Positions 18,056 to 24,944 of a DNA stretch of 36,106 nucleotides are shown here, piece after piece (positions within the stretch are counted from its first letter, which is position 1; every line of letters begins with the position of its first letter). Below the pieces are notes generated by a model. The model was not told the DNA's origin. It worked only from the letters and a program-made list of their open reading frames with translations, and did no database searches. The DNA comes from Solobacterium sp. (GTDB lineage Bacteria; Bacillota_I; Bacilli_A; Erysipelotrichales; Erysipelotrichaceae), in NCBI GenBank assembly GCA_017514525.1, contig JAFWJY010000122.1, forward strand, positions 1-36,106. Reading direction: 5' to 3'. The translations under genes were made by a program, and so were the position numbers.

Positions 18056-20434
18056 TTAAGCTTTTGTGTTGACGTAACGAATGATGTTGGATGCGTTGGC
18101 ATAGGTATGCGCATGTCCATGATTCAGCATAACTAGCGTCGGTGCCTGCATGATGCCATACTGCTTTACAAGATCCGCATGTTCTTCCGCATCAATGACC
18201 TGATACTGGAATCCGGTTCTGTTCAGCATGTTTTTTACCATGGAACAGTTCGGGCAGGTCTTTGTTGTAAAGAGCAGCGCCGTTGCGTTGGAATCATCTT
18301 CCGGCTCTGCAGCAATGACCGTCTCCGGTTCCTCAATCGGAGTGACTGCTGCTGCACGCGGGGAGGAATTCATAACCTTATAGGTATTGCGATCCTTGAA
18401 CTCCTGCGCCTTGCCGGCATTCCAGTTCTTGACCGGGCGATAGTAGCCGGTAATACGGGAGTATACTTCTGTCTCTGCACCGCACTTCGGACATTTCCAG
18501 ACTTCACCGGAAATATAACCGTCATTCTTACAGATGGAATAGGTCGGGCTCATGGTGTAATACGGCAGGCGGTAGTTCTCCGCAATCTTACGTACCAGTG
18601 TTGCCGCAGATCTCCAGTCGGACAGACGTTCACCCAGGAACGCATGGAATACAGTACCGGATGTATACAGTGTCTGCAGTTCATCCTGAATATCGAGAGC
18701 TGTGAAGATATCATCCGTGAAGCCGACCGGCAGGTGGCTCGAATTGGTGTAATACGGAGTGCCCTGCATGTTGGCGGTGATGATGTCCGGATAACGCTCG
18801 GTATCGTGTTTTGCCAGACGATAGCTTGTGCTTTCTGCAGGAGTCGCCTCAAGGTTGTACAGATCGCCATACAGCTCCTGATAATCGGAGAGACGGCTGC
18901 GCATATGATTCAGTACTTCCTTGGCAAATTCCTGCGCTTCCGGATGCGTGAGATCTTTTCTAAGCCATGCGGCATTGAGACCTGCTTCGTTCATACCGAC
19001 AAGACCAATTGTTGAGAAATGGTTATTGAAGGTTCCAAGGTAGCGCTTGGTATACGGATACAGACCCGAATCCAGCAGCTTGGTAATAACTTCACGCTTT
19101 ACCTTGAGGGAACGTGCGGATACATCCATGATGTGATCCAAGTTCGCATAGAACTCTTCCTTGGTCTTTGCCAGGTATGCAATACGCGGCAGATTGATTG
19201 TCACAACGCCGACAGAACCGGTGCTTTCGCCGCTTCCGAAGAAGCCGCCGCTCTTTTTGCGCAGCTCACGCAGATCAAGACGAAGTCTGCAGCACATGGA
19301 ACGAACATCGCTCGGTTCCATATCAGAGTTGACATAGTTGGAGAAATACGGAGTGCCATACTTCGCTGTCATCTCAAACAGCAGTTTGTTATTTTCCGTT
19401 TCGCTCCAGTCAAAATCACGGGTAATGGAATAGGTCGGAATCGGATACTGGAAGCCGCGGCCATTTGCGTCGCCTTCGATCATGGTCTCAATAAATGCTT
19501 TATTGATCATGTCCATTTCCGGCTTGCAGTCTTTGTATTTGAAATTCATTTCCTTGCCGCCGACAATTGCCGGAAGCTCCGCCAGATCATTCGGAACGGT
19601 CCAGTCCAGCGTGATGTTGGTAAACGGCGCCTGTGTTCCCCACCGGCTCGGTGTATTAACACCATAGATGAAGGACTGAATATCCTGCTTCACCTGTGAA
19701 TAGGACAGGTTGTCTGCTTTTACAAACGGCGCAAGGTATGTATCAAAGCTGGAGAACGCCTGGGCACCAGCCCACTCATTCTGCATGATGCCAAGGAAGT
19801 TGACCATCTGGTTGCACAAAGTGGACAGATGCTTTGCCGGCGCCGATGTGATCTTACCCGGAATACCGCCAAGGCCTTCCATGATCAGCTGCTTGAGGGA
19901 CCATCCTGCACAGTATCCTGTCAACATGGACAGATCATGAATATGGATATCCGCATTGCGGTGAAGGGCTGCGATTTCGTCATCGTAAACCTCGGACAGC
20001 CAGTAGTTTGCTGTAATCGCACCCGAGTTGGAAAGAATCAGACCGCCTACGGAATAGGTAACTGTCGAGTTTTCCTTTACGCGCCAGTCCAACGCCTTCA
20101 GATAACTGTCGACCAGTTTCTTATAGTCAAGCGTGGTAGCTGTAATGTTACGAACATTCTCGCGCTGTTTACGATACAGAATATAGGCTTTTGCGACATC
20201 CGCATAACCAGCATTGGACAGGACTTTTTCAACACTGACCTGAACTTCTTCAACCCCGATCAGATCATCTTTGATTTTCGGTTCGAAATCACTGGTAACC
20301 TGCAGTGCGATCATATCCAGAATGCTGTCGGCATACTGTCTGCCGCACGCATCAAATGCTTTGCGGATTGCTTCACTGATCTTCTTTACATCAAACTCTG
20401 ATACTTTACCGTCTCTTTTAACTACCCTGAACAT
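18056..20434 (-). CDS. nrdD: Anaerobic class III ribonucleoside-triphosphate reductase with N-terminal ATP-cone and C-terminal glutaredoxin-like domain
   Basis: VVKRDG ATP-cone, HIHD, TGYC, SMCCRL, ATPAES and glycyl-radical RITGYY; C-terminal TKTCPNC...IMQAPTL. Confidence 0.96.
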   Translation of the reverse strand: MFRVVKRDGKVSEFDVKKISEAIRKAFDACGRQYADSILDMIALQVTSDFEPKIKDDLIGVEEVQVSVEKVLSNAGYADVAKAYILYRKQRENVRNITATTLDYKKLVDSYLKALDWRVKENSTVTYSVGGLILSNSGAITANYWLSEVYDDEIAALHRNADIHIHDLSMLTGYCAGWSLKQLIMEGLGGIPGKITSAPAKHLSTLCNQMVNFLGIMQNEWAGAQAFSSFDTYLAPFVKADNLSYSQVKQDIQSFIYGVNTPSRWGTQAPFTNITLDWTVPNDLAELPAIVGGKEMNFKYKDCKPEMDMINKAFIETMIEGDANGRGFQYPIPTYSITRDFDWSETENNKLLFEMTAKYGTPYFSNYVNSDMEPSDVRSMCCRLRLDLRELRKKSGGFFGSGESTGSVGVVTINLPRIAYLAKTKEEFYANLDHIMDVSARSLKVKREVITKLLDSGLYPYTKRYLGTFNNHFSTIGLVGMNEAGLNAAWLRKDLTHPEAQEFAKEVLNHMRSRLSDYQELYGDLYNLEATPAESTSYRLAKHDTERYPDIITANMQGTPYYTNSSHLPVGFTDDIFTALDIQDELQTLYTSGTVFHAFLGERLSDWRSAATLVRKIAENYRLPYYTMSPTYSICKNDGYISGEVWKCPKCGAETEVYSRITGYYRPVKNWNAGKAQEFKDRNTYKVMNSSPRAAAVTPIEEPETVIAAEPEDDSNATALLFTTKTCPNCSMVKNMLNRTGFQYQVIDAEEHADLVKQYGIMQAPTLVMLNHGHAHTYANASNIIRYVNTKA

Positions 20435-20438
20435 TTTT

Positions 20439-21584
20439 TCACCCTTCCTTCACTCCCCGCAGTTCAACGGTCGGAACATATTCCGATGCCGCTTCACGAA
20501 GTTCTTCCATTTCATCCTTTGTATAAGCGCTCCAGCCTGGCGCAATTACATTTCCGCTGTCTGTATACTGCTGCAGATAATAATGACTGGTTCCGCGAAT
20601 CCACCTGGCGATTTCAACGATATCGTCCTTGGTGTGGAGTTCCCGGACCACAGTTGTGCGGAATTCATGCTCGATATCGCTGGTCATCAGGAACTTGACA
20701 GACTCCTGTATTCGTTCCATTCGGAATACATCCTGATTCAGACCAACTGTATCCGCATACTTCTCCGGTGTGTTTTTGATATCCATTGCCACATAATCCA
20801 CCATTCCGGTCGAACAGATTTCTTCCAGCCGGTCTGGAAAGTAACCGTTCGTATCCAGTTTGACCAGATACCCAATCTTTTTGATCGCGGCAATGAAGCT
20901 CTGCAGATCATCCTGCATCAGCGGTTCCCCTCCCGTGATGCAGACGCCATCGAGAATCTTTTTTCGTTTCTCGAGATAGGCCAGCACATCATCCGGATCC
21001 AGGAATTCATACCGGTCCGGAACGAAGACAAGATCGCGGTTATGACAATACGGGCATTTGAAGTTGCAGCCGCCGGTAAATATGGTTGCGGCAACTTTGC
21101 CCGGATAATCCAGCATCGTCATCTTCTGAAGCCCGCCGATCTTGATTCCGGAGAATAGAGGTTCCGGATTCAGATACATACGAGAGTTGGTCGTGACACG
21201 ATCCAACAGGGTTTCAAACCGGTCAAAATCCGTATCCATTGCCAGTTTCAGACGACATTCATTACGCAGTTCATACAGCTCATTCATGATCTTCGCAGCA
21301 CGTTCTGTGGTATATAACCGTTTTACCCGGCGGTCATTTTCATCGGTGCGTGCCTGCACATAATCCTGTTCAATCAGTTTCTGAACACTCTTGGTTGTGG
21401 TTCCCTTATCGACTTCACCGATACGGGAAACCTCATTCATTGTGATGCCTTCCTGCTCGTTAATTAAAAAAAGGAAAATCAACTGTCCGCTTCCGATATC
21501 ATATTTCGCCATTGTCTTATCGAAATACTTCTGAATATTCCGATACAATGCTGAAATATCAATCAGAAAGCTGCTCTCAGCCAT
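20439..21584 (-). CDS. nrdG: MarR-domain / anaerobic RNR activating enzyme fusion
   Basis: N-terminal ~140 aa with DKGTTTKSVQKL and DENDRR; C-terminal GGLQK.T.LDYPG, CNFKCPYC, TGGEP, KLDTNG and EFRTT. ATG 21584 has an AAAGGGG SD (381 aa). Confidence 0.9.
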   Translation of the reverse strand: MAESSFLIDISALYRNIQKYFDKTMAKYDIGSGQLIFLFLINEQEGITMNEVSRIGEVDKGTTTKSVQKLIEQDYVQARTDENDRRVKRLYTTERAAKIMNELYELRNECRLKLAMDTDFDRFETLLDRVTTNSRMYLNPEPLFSGIKIGGLQKMTMLDYPGKVAATIFTGGCNFKCPYCHNRDLVFVPDRYEFLDPDDVLAYLEKRKKILDGVCITGGEPLMQDDLQSFIAAIKKIGYLVKLDTNGYFPDRLEEICSTGMVDYVAMDIKNTPEKYADTVGLNQDVFRMERIQESVKFLMTSDIEHEFRTTVVRELHTKDDIVEIARWIRGTSHYYLQQYTDSGNVIAPGWSAYTKDEMEELREAASEYVPTVELRGVKEG

Positions 21585-21616
21585 AGGTTTCCCCTTTCTC
21601 AACACATGGAACATGC

Positions 21617-21692
21617 TTGGTAACCCAACATAGTTGGATATCCAATTTTTACTTCCATTTATAGATTCTACCAGTGTTTTTTTGCAGGTCAA
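21617..21692 (-). promoter_or_regulatory. nrdG-nrdD promoter with tandem palindromic operator
   Basis: TTGACC (21692-21687), 16 bp, TGG-TAGAAT (-10 at 21670-21665); TTGG-N4-CCAA at 21617-21628 and 21634-21645. Confidence 0.7.
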
Positions 21693-21845
21693 CAGTTCTG
21701 CTCTATGAAAAAATGACGTGTTTTGGGAAATACTTCAAAATCTCATTTCTCCATTCGCAGATGGCTTAGAAATGACATGCGATAATGAATTTTTATTTCC
21801 CAGAACGCATCATTTCCCGGTTTCATTTGTGAAAAGAATACTTTT

Positions 21846-21863
21846 CGTGAAACATGTTTCACG
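21846..21863. repeat. Perfect 18-bp palindrome built from parS-like half-sites
   Basis: CGTGAAACA-TGTTTCACG, intergenic. The palindrome is certain; its function is not. Confidence 0.5.
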
Positions 21864-21934
21864 GAGGAATCCGTTTGTTCTTCCTTAATTTATAGTTGTG
21901 ATGAGTCCACGAAAAAGCGATTCCTACTGAGCAA

Positions 21935-22780
21935 TCAGCGCCGAGGCGTTTCTTCCGGCTTGAAGGATTCAAAAATAAACAGATCATATTTATCCTTCAT
22001 GTGCTGCAGTTCCTCATCGCTTTGGATCGTCCAGGCAACAGAAGGAACCTGAAACAGCTTGCGTGCCAGCCGCCTTGAAAGATTGGATTCGTGTTTGGAG
22101 TTATACGCAATAAAATCCGGTTTCGTCACACCGTTGAACAACAGATATTCATTGCATAAATAACGCAGATGACGATACTGTCTGGTTTTCGTAAACGCTT
22201 CACTCAGCTGACCGCGAATAATCTCCGGTCGATGTTTCTTATACCAGTACACTGCCATCGGATGGAAGCTCTCAACCACATACATCCCTTTGTAGGCAGA
22301 AAGCAGCTCATCTGTTTTTTTACAAAGTTTGTTTACATCCGTTTCATTATCTGTCTTCAGCTCTACAATCAGCGGCACCTGCCCGTTGACCAGTGCCAGA
22401 AATTCCGCGAGGGTTGGAATGGTCTCATTCGATTCCAGCAGATGAAAGGACTTTAATTGTTTCAATGTATAATCATGTATCTTGCCGGATACCGGATCAT
22501 GATTGGAATCCCGTGCCACACGGTCCATCCAGGTATCATGAAATATTACCGGAATATCATCTTTGGACAGCTGTATATCCATCTCCATGCCATAACCGTG
22601 TTCGATCGCATTTTGAAACGCCTTCATGGAATTTTCCGGGGCATCTGAATCATTGTCATAAAGACCGCGATGCGCAAAGTAAAACGGCTGATATCGCTTC
22701 ATCCACTCTCTTCGCCCGGAAGGTTTCACCGCAAAGAGATACGCGCCGGTCATCGCCGCCAGATTAATCAGAATCCCCAT
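21935..22780 (-). CDS. Glycerophosphodiester phosphodiesterase (GDPD family)
   Basis: FAHRG, PENS, EMDIQLSKD, IFHD, IPTL, VELK, ESF and AWTI motifs. Start ATG 22780 has a GGAGG SD. Confidence 0.9.
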   Translation of the reverse strand: MGILINLAAMTGAYLFAVKPSGRREWMKRYQPFYFAHRGLYDNDSDAPENSMKAFQNAIEHGYGMEMDIQLSKDDIPVIFHDTWMDRVARDSNHDPVSGKIHDYTLKQLKSFHLLESNETIPTLAEFLALVNGQVPLIVELKTDNETDVNKLCKKTDELLSAYKGMYVVESFHPMAVYWYKKHRPEIIRGQLSEAFTKTRQYRHLRYLCNEYLLFNGVTKPDFIAYNSKHESNLSRRLARKLFQVPSVAWTIQSDEELQHMKDKYDLFIFESFKPEETPRR

Positions 22781-22855
22781 GAAAGCCTCCCTCCTGCCCC
22801 AAGAATCCAGTACAATTATTCTAGCACTGTACTTATCAGGAAGGAGACTGCGTCC

Positions 22856-23842
22856 ATGTATAAACCTGCCGAAACACGTTACGATTCTATGATCTATCGA
22901 CACAGCGGAGAAAGCGGACTGAAGCTGCCAGCCGTTTCACTTGGACTCTGGCATAATTTTGGATCAACCGGCGATTACTCCAATATGAAACGCATGCTGC
23001 ACACCGCCTTTGATTTAGGCATTACGCATTTTGATCTCGCCAACAACTACGGGCCTGAAGCCGGAGATGCTGAGCGGAATTTTGGAAAGATTCTGAAAGA
23101 AGACTTCAGCAGCTATCGGGATGAACTGCTGATCAGCACAAAAGCCGGCTATGATATGTGGCCTGGCCCTTACGGCAACTGGGGAAGCCGCAAATACCTT
23201 CTGGCTTCACTGGATCAGAGTCTTGACCGCATGGGAATCGACTACGTGGATATCTTCTATCATCACCGCATGGATCCCGAAACACCGCTGGAAGAAACCA
23301 TGGGCGCACTGGCACAGGCTGTTCAAAGCGGAAAAGCGCTCTATGTCGGCTTATCCCGCTATGATGTGCCAACAATGAAAAAAGCTGAAGCGATCCTCCG
23401 GGAACTCCATGTTCCATATGTCATTAATCAGGATCGCCTGAACATCTTTGATCAGTCCATTGTCGAAGAAGGGCGCACTGAACTGAGTAAAGAATTAAAA
23501 AAAGGTCTGATTATTTTCTCTCCGCTTGCGCAGGGATTGCTTTCAGACCGTTATGTCAACGGTATTCCTGAGAACAGCCGCATGCGTACCGATGGCCGTT
23601 ATCTGAAAGAATCCGCACTTACGGAAGACCGTCTCCAGTCCATCCGAAAGCTGAATGAACTCGCCCAGCAGCGCGGTCAGTCGCTGGCACAGATGGCCCT
23701 TGCCTGGGTACTGCATCATGAAGCAGTAACTTCAGTACTGATCGGTGCTTCCAGACCTTCTCAGATTGAGGACAACGTTGCTGCTCTGAACCATCTGGAA
23801 TTAAGCGATGCAGAATTGAAACTGATACAGGATTTAAAGTAA
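22856..23842 (+). CDS. Aldo/keto reductase, YghZ/Gpr (L-glyceraldehyde-3-phosphate reductase) subfamily
   Basis: SLGLWHNFG, THFDLANNYGP, STKAGYDMWPGPYG, DIFYHHR and FSPLAQGLL. ATG 22856 has an AAGGAG SD. Confidence 0.92.
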   Translation: MYKPAETRYDSMIYRHSGESGLKLPAVSLGLWHNFGSTGDYSNMKRMLHTAFDLGITHFDLANNYGPEAGDAERNFGKILKEDFSSYRDELLISTKAGYDMWPGPYGNWGSRKYLLASLDQSLDRMGIDYVDIFYHHRMDPETPLEETMGALAQAVQSGKALYVGLSRYDVPTMKKAEAILRELHVPYVINQDRLNIFDQSIVEEGRTELSKELKKGLIIFSPLAQGLLSDRYVNGIPENSRMRTDGRYLKESALTEDRLQSIRKLNELAQQRGQSLAQMALAWVLHHEAVTSVLIGASRPSQIEDNVAALNHLELSDAELKLIQDLK

Positions 23843-23868
23843 TACCGGGCTCATCACCCGGTATTTTT
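23841..23868 (+). terminator. Intrinsic terminator
   Basis: AATACCGGG-N7-CCCGGTATT followed by TTT. Confidence 0.78.
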
Positions 23869-23896
23869 CATATTTCATAATCAGCAATCTTAAAAG

Positions 23897-24349
23897 TCAG
23901 TTTCCGAATGCCTTTGCCAGACGCTCTGCCCATTCCGGTTCGCGGGTATCTGCTGTGACCGCAATCACCAGTTCCTCTTCAAAGGTTTCTGCCGGCCTCA
24001 GGTAATAGGAACCATCTTCGAAAGGCTGCAGTGCTTTCGCATCAGTCAGCACATCTGCTTCACCAGCCGGTACCAGAATCACATCCGCAGCACCTGCGAC
24101 ATCGGTCAGAACCGTATCCCGTATCGTTTCTGCAGCTTCCGCTTCGATCACGATCTGCAGATCCTCCGCAGAATGTTCACTGCTGAACGCATCTGCCTTT
24201 TCCTGCAGTTGGGTCAGTGTATGTTCCGGTCCCCATACCGTCAGCTGTATTGTTTTCGGTTCCGGTGCGGATTCTTCTTTTGCGGAAGAACAGCATCCCG
24301 CAAGCATCCATACTGCCAGTATGGCAATTCCCAATCGTTTTCTTATCAC
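23897..24349 (-). CDS. Small lipoprotein resembling one lobe of a MalE-type solute-binding protein
   Basis: Signal peptide with LAGC lipobox; IQLTVWG, AADV and ALQP segments; only 150 aa; GTGA overlap with the flavodoxin gene. Confidence 0.7.
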   Translation of the reverse strand: MIRKRLGIAILAVWMLAGCCSSAKEESAPEPKTIQLTVWGPEHTLTQLQEKADAFSSEHSAEDLQIVIEAEAAETIRDTVLTDVAGAADVILVPAGEADVLTDAKALQPFEDGSYYLRPAETFEEELVIAVTADTREPEWAERLAKAFGN

Positions 24350-24861
24350 TTTTCTGTTACTTCCTGTTCTTTCTTAAGCGCCATCAGAAACTGTTCCAGT
24401 TTCGCTTCGGTTGCGGCATCCGGTTTGTCTTTCGGATCATTCAGGATCATTGTTGCGGAAAAAGAAGGGATTCCAAGCAGCACCCTTAGTTTTTCCAATG
24501 CTTTTTCTCCGCCGGCACCGCTTTGACATGCATAAGCCAGAATCTTTTTACCGGAAAGATTATTGCCCTGTTCACTCACAAAGGTACGGATTGGCGGCGC
24601 AATGGTGCCCGCCCATACCGGAAAGCCGATTACAACTGTGTCATACTTTGCGGCATCAAGATCATACTTCTTCAGCTTTGGCGTTTCAGCCATCACTGCG
24701 CTTTTGCCACCCCAGAAAAACTTCTGAAATCCTTTCTGTGGATATGCTTTCTCCGGGATCAATGAAATTACATCCGCATTGACTGCCTGTCGGATTGCTT
24801 CCGCAATATAACCGGTATTGCCGCTGTGTGAATAATAGACAACTAGTGTTCCCATAGCCAT
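24346..24861 (-). CDS. Flavodoxin-like protein (Flavodoxin_4 type)
   Basis: LVVYYSHSGNT FMN loop and YDTVVIGFPVWAG..APPIRTF; extended -10 TGGTACAAT upstream. Start may be 24855. Confidence 0.88.
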   Translation of the reverse strand: MAMGTLVVYYSHSGNTGYIAEAIRQAVNADVISLIPEKAYPQKGFQKFFWGGKSAVMAETPKLKKYDLDAAKYDTVVIGFPVWAGTIAPPIRTFVSEQGNNLSGKKILAYACQSGAGGEKALEKLRVLLGIPSFSATMILNDPKDKPDAATEAKLEQFLMALKKEQEVTEK

Positions 24862-24892
24862 GCTCCAATTCTTTTTTCCTATTGTACCAAAA

Positions 24893-24927
24893 AGAAAAAG
24901 GCACAGGTTTTACACGCCTATGCCTTT
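24893..24927 (-). terminator. Terminator after the flavin reductase
   Basis: AAAGGCATAGG-N9-CCTGTGCCTTT followed by a T-rich run. Confidence 0.7.
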
Positions 24928-24944
24928 CCATGACAATACTGAAA

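Noticed and set aside
21620-21668. NrdR boxes upstream of the nrd operon
   Set aside because: Only a partial match (CCATTTATAG, 21655-21664) with no convincing partner at the usual spacing. Not called, though a matrix scan is needed to exclude it.
21585-21692. 36-aa N-terminal extension of the MarR-NrdG ORF
   Set aside because: Its TTG start is the -35 box and it spans the promoter and operator; ATG 21584 has a good SD.
22670-22903. Apparent head-to-head overlap of the GDPD and aldo/keto reductase ORFs
   Set aside because: Artefact of longest-ORF calling; SD-supported starts at 22780 and 22856 leave a 75-bp gap.
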